This document shows positions 12,912 through 26,629 of a stretch of 64,000 nt of DNA, in pieces. Within the stretch, counting starts at the first letter, position 1; each line of letters opens with the position of its first letter. The DNA comes from Toensbergia leucococca (lineage: Eukaryota): positions 1-64,000 of the forward strand of contig JALDZS010000058.1 of NCBI GenBank assembly GCA_022813965.1, written 5' to 3'. Below the pieces are notes generated by a model. That model did not search any database and was not told where the DNA came from. It saw only the letters and a list, made by a program, of their open reading frames with translations. The translations under genes and the position numbers were made by a program.

Positions 12912-14372
12912 ATGTCTGCAAATGTTGTCACGCCATCTCCATCAAACGTAGTCACTGCAGGGGTGTTATGGCCTTTGCTGTGTGCAATTGTCGTAGTTTT
13001 ACGTTTCTACACAAGGCGGCTCCAAAAGGCAAAGTTGCTCCTGGATGACTGGTTGACTATCCCTACCCTAGTACGTCCCCATTGATTATCTTTAAACAGT
13101 TCAAGAGCTAACCCACGGCACTTACTGACAGTTTCTTACCATTGGAATAGGAGCTACATTAGTTGTGGGTATGCATGTTGAATCTCTCTCTTCTTCACGA
13201 TTCGCCGAGGGAGCTGACAATCAATTAGGTGTTGATCGGAAGTCTTTGACATACCTGACGCCTCCACCACCAGACCCAAACATGGCACTTGGTCCCAGTA
13301 GCTTTCAACTCAGGACTACAAGACAGGTTAGAGAGCGTTGTCTGCAGACCCTGAACTTATATTAGTGTCATGGTGACACTTGACTAGATTCTGTTGGCAT
13401 TTGAGCTCATGCAAATCCCCGCCTTAGGATTTGTCAAACTTAGCTTTGTCTTTTTCTATCGACGGATCTTTGTCACAGGAGCAGGCAGAGTGTTCAGACT
13501 TGTTAACACGGCCATAACTGTCATCATAATTGCTTGGGTACTGGCATTCTTCGTCGCCCTTCTTGTCTCCTGTCGAGGGGACTTTGCGCCATGGTGGACA
13601 CCCGCCGATGACCTCAACATCAGATTTATAGCCACGCTTGAATTGGAAAATGCTTTCGCAGTTTCGGATTTCATCATAGACCTAGCGGTTATTATCCTCC
13701 CTCTACCCCAAGTATGCTATATTTCATTGACAAATGATCAAATTCACTAATTGTACATGTAGATTTGGCAGCTCCACATGTCGTTAAGTCGCAGACTTGC
13801 TCTAGTTGCAATCTTCTCCTTGGGTGCTCTGTATGTGTCTGGAATGTTACCTGCTAAAACCCAGTCGGCTTATCTATGGTAGTGCTGTTGCGGCGTCAAT
13901 CACAAGGATGGTCATTTTCATTGAGGCCATCCAAGGCTTGAAGAAAGATTTCAAGACTTCTAGAGATAGTGATAGTGAGAATCCAATGCGTCAATTTGCG
14001 ATCACCGCTAATCTGTCCGCTGAAGTGGTCGCAACAACAGGCCTCTACTGGAGCATGACTGAATCCGGCCTCAGCCTTCTGGCAGCCTGCCTTCCTACAC
14101 TATATGCTCTTTCCAATGCACAAAGAGTCAAGGGTATCATAGATAGCTTCCAAACTAGTTTGTTGCGATCTTCCAAAAAGATTTCCGCCGAATCCAAGGG
14201 AAGCAATAATTCCATGGACTCACACATCGAGATGGTACCTGGCGCTGCGGGACTAGCCTCTACTGACTCCTGTGATATAAAGGACCTTGATCAGGCGATT
14301 TCCAGACTTGAGCCAGCGAATGGCCAAATCCTTATCAAAAAGACGTTTGTTATGACTGAGAATATGGTGTGA
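12912..14372 (+). CDS. PTH11-like (fungal rhodopsin-domain) membrane protein without CFEM, multi-exon
   Basis: VVLRFYTRR...LDDWL, VKLSFVFFYRRIF, SDFIIDLAVIILPLP, YWSMTESGLSLLAACLPTL. Confidence 0.9.
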
Positions 14373-14499
14373 AAGCACACGCGCACCCTGAAATCCGCAT
14401 ACCTTCTTATAGCCTTGAATAATTCATGCTATAGGGTACTTCAGAGCATCAAGGTAGCCTGGAATATTTGTACACTACAGCTGTCTTATCATTATAATT

Positions 14500-15950
14500 G
14501 AAATAGTTATATTTTAAGAGCACTGATATATTAAGTTTTAGGTCTGTCTGACAGATAGATCTGCACCTACATTAATAGCAATAGAACTAAAGACTTAGCA
14601 TAAGATATTACTTAGACTATGCTGTGACATAGAGTAGATAAGAGTAGCGAATGACCCCTCTCAGTCTACTCTACTATAGAGTAGAAAATAAAAAGGGTAA
14701 GGTCAGAAACAGTAGAGAATAGAGTAGAGTCTACTCTAATATTAGTAGACTGTATAAGTACTGTATAAGTATATATAACTAGTATAAAAACTAGTATAAA
14801 ACTTTATTTTATGTATTAATACATCTTATATAGTATTTATATATATATATTTATAATTTATATACACTTATCAAGTGTTTATATAGTATTTATATAGCTT
14901 ATACAATATTAAGACTCTATTAAAGAACTCTAACTCTTTACTCTCTACTATAAGTCTACTCTATTCTCTATATTTATTCTACTTTAGTAAAGATATTTCT
15001 GCTCTAAAATACAACATAGTTATAGACTAAACATAATTAAGTCTTAAAGATTAATCTTATTATGTTACTTAATGACTTTATAAAATGAAGACTTTCTTTT
15101 CTATAGAACTAAGTCACTGTTCTTTCTTATATACTTTTTAATAATTATAAGTGTTATTATTAATTTAATGTGTTAGAGTGATATAAATTAAGTTGTAGTT
15201 TAAAGCAATTAATCTGATAAAATACTTCTTTATAGAATCTGACTAATAAATAGTAAGAATCTTCTGATATTTCTTAATGACTAAATTTAGTTATTTCTTC
15301 TTAAAAACCTGCAGTTTAGATTTTAAAGTTATAACTAAATAGATAGATAGACAGAGAGATAACTAAATAAATAGATAGAAAGTGACTAAGTAAATAGATA
15401 AATAAGTAAATAGATAATAAGATTTAAAATTAAGTTAAGATAAGTGCAAAATCATAAAAAGTTTTTTAAATAATACTATTACTGAATAATATATAACTAA
15501 AAAGATAAATAGTGTTATAAATTTCTATATTTAAGTATATTGTATATAAGATAAATAATTATCTCTATATTAGAAGTGTAAATATCTAATGTTATAAGTT
15601 AGATCACTAAATAATTTTAACTAATCTTAGTCAGTCTGAGCTTGCAGTCTATATACTTATTTTAAGCTCTATTATAAAGAAATCTTCTGCTATAAAGAAG
15701 AAATATAACTTATAGTTTTTCTTCTATTTAATAAAATGCTAATTAGATATTTAACAACATTATATATAAATAATAAAATCTATTAAGAAAATATATATTT
15801 ATCTCACTTAACTTTAATTACTGAGTTAAAAAAGTGATTTAAGAATATAATTTTAGTCTTAATTTAAATATATAATCTGTGCCTAATTAAACTGTAACAT
15901 ATATAAACATTTTTATTTTAGAGACCTAGGTATTTTATATGAGGGTTTGT
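14500..15950. mobile_element. AT-rich RIP-degraded repeat relic
   Basis: Very AT-rich; short imperfect inverted arms at ~14713-14729 and ~14954-14970. Confidence 0.55.
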
Positions 15951-15999
15951 TACATACTTATACTAAGTTAGTGTATTTAAAATGCTATAGAATGCTTGG

Positions 16000-16845
16000 C
16001 ACGCACCTTTTCCTCCCCCCCACCACTGATTTTGCACTGTAAAGTCAATATTTAGCTGCCTACATCAACCTCATTATCCTACCCTTATTAGTAAAGTATT
16101 ATAACAACTCAATTAGGCAATAGTAAGGCTATACTGACTATAAAAAGGTCACATCTACCTTCATCACAGTTACCTCCATTGCATTTACCTCTATTGCATT
16201 CACCTTTATCACATTCATTTATCATGAGTTTACCTATTGATATAGCAGCTAAGGTGAAAGCTGAGCATTTGCTTTGTTCTTATTGAAGGCCTTAAGCTAT
16301 TGTCAGAGATCTTTGCTGTAGCACTAGTACTGTCTACGCATGAAGAAACTGTCTTCAGATGTATCACATTACTAATCATTTATATGCTCTTCCTCTTGAC
16401 CGCCCTTATTGAATAATCACTGCTGCAAAGAAGGCTGTTTTAGAGTATCTAAGGCAACATTCATGGGCTTATCAAGATGAACTGACGATGTTTTTAGAGG
16501 AGGAGTAAAGGATAAGCGTTAGTCAGTCAACAATCTGCTGTCTATTAAAAGAGGTACAAGATCAGCTGGAAGAAGGGACAAAGGATAGGGCAAAGTCAGA
16601 GTCTGCAGCTTTGAAATTCATGGCAGGCCTTTATGCATGATGTTATCACAGAACAACTAGTCTTTTTAAATAAGTCAATCTTTAAGGAACAGACTGACTG
16701 GTGATGCATGACCTACTCTCTCATTGATCAGCTAGCACAATGACATGATGACATGACAAGAGATAAAACCTGAAGTATCCTCTCAGCCTACACCGTCAAT
16801 GGCTATCTTTCATGTACAGGAATTAGGGAGGGTTACTATAATCTC
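16000..16845 (+). mobile_element. Tc1/IS630-like transposase relic, 3' truncated
   Basis: From ~16240: HSWAYQDELTMFLEEE*RISVSQSTI, then LVFLNKSIFKEQTDW*...SILSAYTVNGYL (degenerate VFxDES first-Asp region), many stops. Confidence 0.75.
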
Positions 16846-17779
16846 GTTCAAAAGCCCTTTGGCATATGCCGCCGCCGCCGCCGCATAGCCTTGCCACATA
16901 TCATTCTTGTGTGTATCTGAGTAGTCACAGATGCCTCAAATAATAACGCGGGGGAAGTTGTCCATCAACCCTGCTGCCTCCATCTCAAAGCACAGCACAT
17001 TATATTGTTTGATCAAGCTATCTCGAACGGTGGCATCTTTCATCAACTTGTCTGCTAATGCAATCAGACCGCAGTGCACTGCCAGATTGTCATGATTCAT
17101 TCCTCATTCTTCTCATCGGATAAGCGGCGGCATAGAGCTGTTACAACTGTGTGCGCAGGGCTGATCGCGCTCAACATGAACATAAGACGCTTCAAATAGC
17201 CTGCCCTCTTCATCACCTGGACGTGTGTATTTTGCCTTCAGCCTTGCATTCTTCTTGATCATTTCTGATACCGTTTCGTCAATTCAATGACCCTTCCTTT
17301 CATGTAGGGCGGATACCTTCAACAGCGCATTAAGAAGCACTTTCAGTGGCGCATTTAGCGTTCCTGTGTGTTCAAACGTCTTCTCTTGGATCGCCTTCCC
17401 AAATTTGTAGTGAATAACTCCCTCAGTCGCTTCAGTGGGAGAGCCGACCATGATATCACTCAGTCAAATGTCATGTTGTGCGCTCGGGGCTCCACCTCCA
17501 ATTCCCACCATCAGTTCGATTCAGATGGCCTCAAAGCTGCGCAGCATGTCCTTGACTAGTGTCGCTACCGACGCGATGCTATATTTCCCTTTGGGTAAGC
17601 ATGTGACGACCACGTTGTGCTCACTTATATAACCCAACGTCTACGCTTTTGTCGTCAGGGATCAAGCTCAGTAGGGGAGTGTCATGTCCATCGTGCTCTT
17701 CGTTCAACAGCTCACAAGCCACCACGTGCTCCGTCTGCACCGCGCAGATTCAACTGACCGTGTAGTCATGTCATTTCAT
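16840..17779 (-). pseudogene. PNP_UDP_1 nucleoside phosphorylase domain (NLR/HET N-terminal effector type)
   Basis: DYTVS*ICAVQTEH...LLNEEH and [49 protein letters not shown]. Ends where it abuts the Tc1 relic. Confidence 0.88.
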
Positions 17780-18762
17780 TTCCTTTTGACTCAACCGCTT
17801 TCAGTCGTCTACTATCCTAGTTCACATTCCATTAGATGATAAAGTTTCCAAAGGAAAATGGTGGATGAATTGGCCGAAGTCGTGCCGTTGCTAAGTTGAA
17901 TCGTTCAGCCTTGCTGCAGGTGTGTCAGCTTGCTGTGATGTGCAAGCTTATACACCATTATATACTTAAAAGTCATTAGAAAATTTCTAAGGTTAAGATT
18001 CTCTTAGGCTCTTGTTTTGATATCTCTGAATGAGGGAAATCATACTGTATCTGGCATAAGTCATGTGATTCGACATCTGGGAGTGTGGTCCACCAAAATG
18101 GAATCAAGTCTCTGTCACATCAACTCAGAAGGCGACGTCTTACTAATCTTAGAAACTCACATATGTCCTGACCTAACAGGTCAGTCTAGTCCTTCTTTGA
18201 ATCAATCACCTGAAGCTGCTGGATTAACTTCAGAGCCTTTTGCAGATGAGCACCAATCTGATGCCGTAGAACTGTTTTAAGAGGAGATGAGAATCACCGA
18301 GTTGCTTCATGCGTTTGATAGAATATTCGATATTGCAAAGAGTTGACAGGAAATTATCTAGTTGAAATACCAGAAGATTTAGCAGAAGGGCGTCCAGGAG
18401 ATGCCACAACTACAGAGATAGGTCAAGCAGAGTGACTATGTAGAAACAGCGACACTCATAGTAGAGCGGCCAGCCAAGACAAACTGCAAATTGAATGTGA
18501 AATCAAGGCGTAGAATCGCTCACAAGCAACGATAGTGTTCTGAATGCTGTCAAGACTTTAGGTAGTGTCATCGAAACATCTGAAGCCAATCTCGGAAAGG
18601 TTGGATCGAATATCAAGTTCAAGCTAGCTACCTACTTGAACGTCGATAAGTTACCTTAAGTACCTAAGGTACTCGTACTCATACATATGGTTGTACAAAT
18701 CACGTGAGCTTGACACATTGATGCTGGCACAAGTGGCCAAATCAGTAGATGGTTACGGATTA

Positions 18763-18990
18763 TTTTGGTTATAAGACTTAATTGCTAAAGGCTATAGACT
18801 TATGGGGAAGCAGGCTGTATATAAGGGTAATTCCCTCGCCACCATCAGAGTTTTCACCTATGCCTTTTCCTATTTAGGTTACCCCTAGGGTTATCACCTC
18901 GGGGTTTTTCTTATTTAGGTTAAGATCACTACAGCCCGAGGTGTTCAGAGCCCCCATTTACCAATAAGGGTATATACTGCGAATCCAACA
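18763..18990. mobile_element. Probable solo LTR
   Basis: GATTA direct repeats at 18758-18762 and 18991-18995; ends TCCAACA; start degenerate (TTTTGG). Confidence 0.5.
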
Positions 18991-19018
18991 GATTACACCA
19001 AGTCATTGCCGTACATGG

Positions 19019-19277
19019 TGTTGATGTTATCTAGTAATCGCGATACCATGGAAAGATGAGGGGAGGATGAGGAGTCTGCCGAGGGGAAGTCCCTTCATAT
19101 GTTTCCATTTGGCTTGTGTTTTCATTGGGAGTTGGGTATATAGATGAGGTGGTATCCCATCAAAAGTCTTTATCGAATAGAGAGTCTTTCAACTTACTAG
19201 TTAATCCAAAATCCATCCAAATGATCATCGATCCCTCAATGTTCTATTCATATAAATATCGATCCTAAACCTCAATA
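19019..19277. mobile_element. Solo LTR, copy 1
   Basis: TGTTGA...TCAATA termini, TSD CATGG/CGTGG, highly similar to 27884-28149. Confidence 0.85.
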
Positions 19278-19809
19278 CGTGGCTGCAATGCGACTTTGAC
19301 GGCTAATCACTCTTCAATCTGTCAATTGCTCGCAGGTAGAGAGGAGGAGCCGGGAAAGACGCATTCTAACATACTAAGGACGGGAGAATTTCGAAGAGGG
19401 AAAGAGGGAGGGAATTTATCTGATTCCCGGTAATACTGACCTTTACGCTCAGATTTTACGGAACCGAGTATACAATTCAAAAGAGGAGAGACTCTTTGCT
19501 CTTTTCCTCTTGTAGCCCAGCGCTATCTGCATGCTTTTTTGAGCGTGACTTGTTCAACTAGCTTAAATACGTCATCGCTTTGGTCACATTGATGAGGAAT
19601 GGGAATCGAACCCATACTGGCCATCCCTCTAGTCATATTATCGGACAACCAGATGCTACGTAGTCAGTTCTTGGAGGACCACGGCCTGGCCAGCCCTCTC
19701 ACACTCGCCTCACTAATATCACACCCTACCAAACATAGCTCTGGCAGGATCTTCTATCAGCATGCCTTTTCTGAAAGAACTCTTCACCAAGTAATCCAAC
19801 CAATGCCTC

Positions 19810-20300
19810 CTGTCACTCAGGTTTTGATGCGCTATACCGCGCGGATGTAGATATTTAAGCGCACTGGGGGGCTGAAAAAGAAGGTCTATGGTTTTTTCCA
19901 CAGCAATGGGGCTCCCGCTGTGCAGATCCTCCAGAATATTTTTGAAAGAGACATATGACATCACCAAAAAGTGCAAAAGGGCCCTCCCGGAAGTTCATGG
20001 CCTGGATGGTGTTTTCCTTCCGGACGGGTAAATTCTATCTAATCCACCAGGGTGGTCATGCTTACATGCGGATTCTCCTCACGGATCTCTCTGTGAATCT
20101 GATTCGGCCAGCCTTTTTTCTGTTGCCTCCTGCGCTCTTCACCTTTTGCCCATTGAGGTTCATAAAATTCCTTGCGGGCATATATCGCGCCGGTGCTTAC
20201 GTCAATAACTTCGTCAACCTCTTTGAACGAGCCTCTTCCCAGTTTTCATTCTTGAACATAGATGGGACATTATCTGGGAGTGAGGGGTTGACTAGGCTGT
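19810..20300 (-). pseudogene. Ser/Thr protein kinase fragment
   Basis: PIYVQE*KLGRGSFKEVDEVIDVSTGAIYARKEF (Gly loop, AxK), then ALKYLHPRGIAHQNL; truncated. Confidence 0.75.
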
Positions 20301-20309
20301 GCGGTAGTT

Positions 20310-20646
20310 TTGCTCAAGGCCGTTGAAGAGTCGTCAAAGCTATTTGGGAAAGAGTGGTATGAACAAATCACCGCAGAGGAGCTCGCCGCCATCAAAGCTG
20401 CGATAGTTAACGGTCCTGACGGAATTGCTACTCACTCTGGCCACTGGTACAATTGTGTGAATGGTCATCCAGTAAGTCCTTATTCCCTCTCTGAATAGTT
20501 CTCATTTAACATGATAATAGTTCACAATTGGTGAATGTGGCGTGCCTATGAAGCAGGCTCGTTGTCCAGAATGCGGAGCTCCGATTGACGGACAGGATCA
20601 TCAGGCTGTTCAAGGGGTAATGCGTTCAACTGGGATGGGAAAATAG
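20310..20646 (+). pseudogene. RZ-type zinc finger fragment of a ZNFX1/NFX1-type protein (C-terminus)
   Basis: GHWYNCVNGHP-intron-FTIGECGVPMKQARCPECGAPIDGQDHQ; no upstream helicase region. Confidence 0.8.
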
Positions 20647-20934
20647 CTGAAGGTCTTCTCATCAACATAAAGATAATCCGCGTCTAAAGACCGCTTCAAT
20701 AAAGTCTAGAATAATACTGACACAACGTCTGCGGAGGTAGGTTGGTGTACAAGGTAATAGCGTAGATCTCTGAAGGCTCTATCTACTTCGAGGGATGGCC
20801 TCTCTCTCCTACCCCCTTCCACTACCCCCTTCCCTGCAGGGCCGCGACGTAGCCGTCAATATTCAAACCAGTAATGTAGAGTGAATTTAAAGCAGAGGAT
20901 CTTCCAGGTTCTGAGGCGTAGCATATTGAAAAAA

Positions 20935-21330
20935 CATCACCAACAAATTGAGTATAGTAGTACTGTATAATTGGTGCACTAACAAGATAGGTACCTGGTG
21001 GGAAATAGACCAAGGCTGGAGTAAGAGGGGATGAGTCACAGTCAAAACCGCAGCGAGAGCCAGAAGAGATGGCGTTATTAATAGCAACAGTATCATCATG
21101 AACGCCATCACCTTGTATTAAATCTCATCAGCTATGCTTCAATGAAGGTTGTTGATTGTAGCTTACCAACAGCACCACGGTAGAGTAAACCATGATTAAG
21201 AATTGTAAAATATTGCAGTCAAGGAACGTGAGAAACGATGTCAGTGTACCTGCACTGAGAAAAATTTGTCAGCGTCTTGTAGTTTGTAAAATCCTGTACA
21301 AATGAAGGAGCGAATAAGGTAGAGCCTAGA
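20935..21330 (-). pseudogene. GH55 exo-beta-1,3-glucanase N-terminal fragment
   Basis: GAV-intron-GDGVHDDTVAINNAISSGSRCGFDCDSS...ALVYFPPGTYLVSAPIIQYYYTQFVGD; truncated afterwards. Confidence 0.8.
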
Positions 21331-21655
21331 TAGTTCTCAAATGACACTAGTCAAGATGACACAACAGGTGAAAAAGAAAAGTGAAACACTTCTTAAGTAG
21401 ATCTTGATAGAGCTTACAAAGGATAAATGTGTCAGATTATGACCTTCTTGCCTTGGGCCAATGAAACCATCCTTTGACACGTCATCTGACTAAAAATTTT
21501 GGTAGAGCAATAAACAAAGCTCAAAGGAAAATCATGGCAAAAGTTCATCAGGAATTCCTCGCAACCAGGGAATATTTGTAATTCTTGTTACAAGGAATGA
21601 ATTAACATCAAAATGGACCGTGAACAGCGCAACGTGCGTATTGCGATAAGCATAT

Positions 21656-22563
21656 CTATGAGTCAAAGTACCATTTGACTTTGTGAAGACGTCCTGAAGC
21701 TGTGGGTGCAAGTTGTTCAAATAAATGAATAGAGAGGTCAATGTCTTCTGAATCAGTCTGCAAGTCAATGAGTCAAAGAAAGTACAAAACACAAAACGGC
21801 TGATGGTAAGACTTACGCATCCAGGACACTTATCTCGTACGGTCCCAACTGCGGTTGAATTAGCATGCATAATTTTGATCATCCGATTGCAATAAGGATT
21901 GTTATTGCTTAAACTGCCCATCATGCCTGAGAGAGGTTAATTATGATTAGAATAGGGTGCAGATGTTGACATGCCCACTGAAAGCGCAACAATGTCACCA
22001 TGATTGCCATCATCTGTAAAGCCACAAGCACTCAATTCAGCAGTGTAGTATGTTATATCCCCAAAGTAAGGTGCTCCGCTTGTACATTGGTCGTCAACAT
22101 TATCAGCAGAGGAAGTGGACTGAGCTGAGGGACTGTAGACAGAAGTCATTGTCGCAGCTTGATTTGAGAATGGAGCGCTTGCTAAAGCTGAAGGTAAAGA
22201 TGTTGAAGAAGAGCTACTGAACAATGTTGAAGGAGAGCTACTGAATGATGTTGAAGAAAAGCTACTAAATGATGTTGAAGGAGAGTCACCGAACGATGTT
22301 GAAGGAAAGCTACTGAAAGGGGAAGTTGACTCAGTAAAACTGTTGAGATTTGGCGTAAGACTGTGCAGCTGAGGTTCTTGCTCGATGAGGCTACATGTAC
22401 ACAAAGAGGGTACGGCAGAGTTCTTTACACCTTCAGCAAGCACCCAAACGGTGGTATTAAAGTGAGCCATCTTGAGGACTTTCACAACAATTCACTTATT
22501 GAGAGGTATGGCTGTGACAAGGGCAAGCCAAGAAGTGAAAGCCACAATACAACCTTTCTTCAT
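21656..22563 (-). pseudogene. Secreted expansin-like/RlpA double-psi beta-barrel protein with premature stop
   Basis: Signal peptide, TGA at 22492-22494, Ser-rich linker, GDITYY...ACG, NNNPYCNR, VRDKCPGC, DIDLS. Confidence 0.85.
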
Positions 22564-23029
22564 GTTTGTCAAGGGGGGTAAGTGAAAGACGTTGTGCAAT
22601 CAAATTTATGTCTTAAGTATGTTCATTCTTAAAGATGCCAGATCTCATTCAAGAATAAGTACAAGGGACTAGTTTCAGGTATAAACTCACTTGGTTCGTC
22701 ACCAGTGATAGAGCAGACCAGCCGGCGTAAATAAGGAAGTTATTGTTGGTTCATGTTCTTAAGGGGCATCAAACGGAAGTGAACAAAGATACACGTACGC
22801 AACCTCAATTCATTAGTTTCATAATATCCTTTGCCGCGCATTTTGCCATCTGATACAGGAGCTACTGTCGTAAGCATAGGATGTTGACACATGGACAGTA
22901 GATAGCCTGAATTATTAGTAGATGTGATCTGAATCCTCATGTGTTGGTAGACACTCTAAAAAAAAGTACTCATGCTGTCTAGATATGACTTATATAACTC
23001 GCTTAAATAGTAGCGCGCTACTCTATATA

Positions 23030-23194
23030 CTAGTGGTTAAGGTACCCTACCTACGATGCGGCAAACCTATCAATGCGGCACTAAACCTCTTTCAGCTAGT
23101 AAGCCTCTAGCTCACGATCTAAAATATGACTCACTAGCTGAAAAGGGTTTAGTGCCGCATTGATAGGTTTGCCGCATTGTAGGGTAACCACGAG
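23030..23194. mobile_element. MITE with near full-length TIRs and TA target duplication
   Basis: 23051-23100 pairs with 23133-23182; outer TA|CTAGTGGTTA ... TAACCACGAG|TA. Confidence 0.8.
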
Positions 23195-23864
23195 TACGAA
23201 TCCCCCACAATTCAAATCCTCCATCCAATCCAGCTCAATTTCAAGAGTTTTACAGTGACCTAAATCTGTGAGTACTTATCCTTCTTGCTCTGAGTACCCT
23301 AATAATTATCTAGATGTTCCAAATGACTTCTGACGAGACCATCACCCTCCACAAATCAGCGATGTTTTGCTTTCAGTTCCTACCATCGCAAGAAATAAAT
23401 GATCTTTCAAATCAGGTTACCGGGAGTCACAAGCGAGTCTTGAGTGATTCTGGGTCCGTGCACATTCAGTAAAGACCAACGCAAAGCAGCATTACTGTTG
23501 AAACAAAGCATAGTAACTACCGTCCCTAATCAAGGATCTAGAGCATAATGGGCTTTTCTTTGGTTCAGGTTCTCGCCACTATCAATTTTGGGCGGGATTG
23601 GTCAGCGGATAGGTTCTAAGAAAGAATTCAATTGTTTTCTCTTCATGGTTTTGAGGGCCTCTCCCACCAGCTCCTCTCCTCCCTCCCCGCCCCTTTGCCG
23701 CCCCACGCCCCACCCCCTTACTGAAACACACTACCACTTCACGCTTTTAAGGTCTTCGGTTGACTGTTAATACAGTGACCAGCATATTCATCTTGTTGCA
23801 TCCATCAATCCAAGTCAACTTTAAATATAATCATCTATGAGCATCAGCAAGACCTCTTCTCACA

Positions 23865-24927
23865 ATGCATCTTTCATACTCCGCTCTTGTTGTGGCTGCT
23901 CTTAGTGTTAGAAGCGCCATCACCTTACCTGGCGACAAGCTCAGAAGGTATGTCACCTTTGTCATGCAATACTCTTTATCTGACTCGTCTGTTCAATAGA
24001 ATCCACTACAGGCACCAACGAAAGCACAAGAGAGACATTGTCGATTACAGTACCATAAGCTACACCAACATAAACTTTGATGGGGTGGAATTTTCAACAA
24101 TAAATTATTTTAGCTCAAGCTCCCCAACACCAGCTTCAGCGGCCATGAGTATTATCACAATACCTACTTCAGTCACGGTCTCATTCACTGCGTCCGTCTC
24201 ATCTACATCGTTAAGCACATCAGATACAAGTGACGACGGTGATAGAGGGTCTGCTGTTGAAGGAGGCCCAGAATATTCATTCCCAACGCAGACTGTCAAC
24301 TCTCTCGGATTTGGTGCTACCACAGTACCATTGCCAAACGACACCACTCCCATTGACTATGTTGGTAATCTCGGCAACCCACTAGGCAGTGATATAGTTT
24401 TGATCAAAGCTGCGGATTACACAAAATATACGTATACTAACAACGTTATGAATGCAAGCTCAAAGCAATTGACTTTTATTATCTGAAACAAATCCGGAAA
24501 GGATGTTTCCCTTGACTCAAATGAGACCAATAGCGGTCCATCATCTGCCCCGATACACATGTGGTCCCTGGCCCCTGGAGCGTGTCAATTCATGGCCTTT
24601 GATGACAATACTCAAGGAGGAATGTCTCAGAATTGCGGCCTTAACATTGCCGGCCAACCGGACTGCACATGGGTTGAATTTGATTTTGGCAATCTTCAAA
24701 ATGAGGGATCTAGTGGTTATGATGTTAGCTCTATCTCAAGCGAATATGGTGACGTTGAACAGGTGTCAGTCTTCAGCCAGCTCTGTGGAACGAGCAGCAG
24801 CAATAGCTATGTTCAAAAGATGCGCAAGCGATACAACAATTGGACAAGCCCAAATCAGTCAAATCAGGGTGCTGGTGAAGCCTGCTCTGCCGGCTCCGTT
24901 CACATTACGACGATCTTCAAGCCCTGA
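23865..24927 (+). pseudogene. Secreted Asp f 4-like protein with premature stop
   Basis: Signal peptide, one intron, YVGNLGNPLGSDIVLI, II*NKSG (TGA 24484-24486), SLAPG...AFDDNTQGG, TWVEFDFGN...SGYDVSSI. Confidence 0.8.
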
Positions 24928-26242
24928 TTATGATGCTGACTGACTGTCTGATTCTCATTCTTTTTGGGAGGGTCTCTGGATATACCCGCGTCCAAATCTA
25001 CTACCATCTGGTACGGGATTTTTTCACCCGCATTTTCTTTTTTTTTGAGCATCATCATGTAGGGAATGGGGAAGGTGAAACTGTACTACATTCATCCGTT
25101 CGTTATGTTTATTGAAAAACCAGCAGGGCGTTGCTACTTGCTTGCGATGGCTTGGGCGTGTGTGTGTTTGTGTTTGTGTCTTGGGGAAAGTTTCTGTTTC
25201 AATACTGTTATCCTTGTTGAGCGTGTGTTTGTTTGTTATGGGAATAGCTTCCTCTTCCTCTTTCTCTTAATGTTACTTTTCTTTCTCTTTTTCCCGACTT
25301 GAGTGAAGAGCTGAGTACGGTAAATGCTGATGCTACTGTTTGCGTCCTGCCCACTGCTGATACAAGCTATTGCCCTCACTCCCCTCTTCTACAACCCGCT
25401 GCATGCATTCAGCTACATATGCGCTCACCTATCCTTGTCGTGAATACCTAACTCACTTCAAGCAGCCGTGTGTAGGATAACCTACACGCACTCATATCTC
25501 ACATACTATCCATTCCCAAATCCCCGCACCCCTCCCTACCACGCGACCCCCTCCTTGAGAAAAGAAAACCAAAATTAAACAAAGCCTTTCAGTCTAGGAG
25601 AGAGAGAGATAGGGTGAAACAAAGACAATCTACTCACGCTGCCCTTGAGGATAATATTTGGCTTCGTGATGAAAAACCTTTATAGTAACCACAAAGCCGA
25701 AAATACTCGACCAAACCCGGAAACATTCATTATGTTCTCCTCGGCTGCTTCAGTGTCTAATAAGCATGTGCACAATACACACTATATGCAAGAACCAACG
25801 CGAATGCATTACTCAGATGCTATGAAAGATGGCAAAGAGACACACACCCTCTGTAATCAGATCATGTGATGGATCAAGCCCTATTGTTGAAAGATTCATC
25901 CTATAGCCTATGATTGATGAATTGAGGAGTAGCAGCGGTTGTACGTAGGAAAGAGTATAGGAGCAAAGGTATATGAGCGTGAACCGTGAAAACTACGGTT
26001 AGGCAGCGGTAGTCAGAAGAGCGCAAACATTTGTGAGAGCATAAGGGCGAAGAATTGAAGCGCACAAGTAAAAGAAGGACACGTGTAAGCTAGTGAGATG
26101 AGTATGTCAAGACCACAAGGAAAGATGAGTAGAAGAGGCATGAGCAATAACATGAATACAAGTGAACAAGTGAACAAAGTATGCCTACAAGAGATAGGCG
26201 GACTAAGCAAGGCAGAGCAGTACATAAGCTGTAAGCGTAAGA

Positions 26243-26338
26243 CAGCACAAGAGCAAGCAGACGAGCAGAGTAGTATAACACAAGCAGGGTCAGCACAAGA
26301 GCAAGCAGACAAGCAGAGTAGTATAACACAAGCAGGGT
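26243..26338 (+). repeat. Tandem repeat, 2 x 48 bp
   Basis: CAGCACAAGAGCAAGCAGAC(G/A)AGCAGAGTAGTATAACACAAGCAGGGT twice, one mismatch. Confidence 0.95.
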
Positions 26339-26629
26339 GAAGTTATGATTGGAGAAGGGGGGGACCCTCACGTCAGTGAGGGGGGGGGAAGCCCCTGCGG
26401 GATATTGACAGATGGACCCCATGGTTCCAGGGAGAAAAGGCTGGCACTTTTTTTATATGATTCCCCTGGAACCGTGGAACCTGGAATCACTGTACCACCA
26501 CGGTGTAAAAAGGATCTGTGCTAGCAGAATCCTGCTCTTCTATTCGCCCGTTGGAACCATTCAGGTGTGATATGGTTTCAGACCATGGAACCAGCGGTTA
26601 CAGCAGGACCCGGGTGAATCGTTGGACTA

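Noticed and set aside
18098..18280. BTB-like start INSEGDVLLIL
   Set aside because: Motif too short, with no continuation.
18548..18715. TGTCAAG...CTTGACA as a solo LTR
   Set aside because: No matching TSD.
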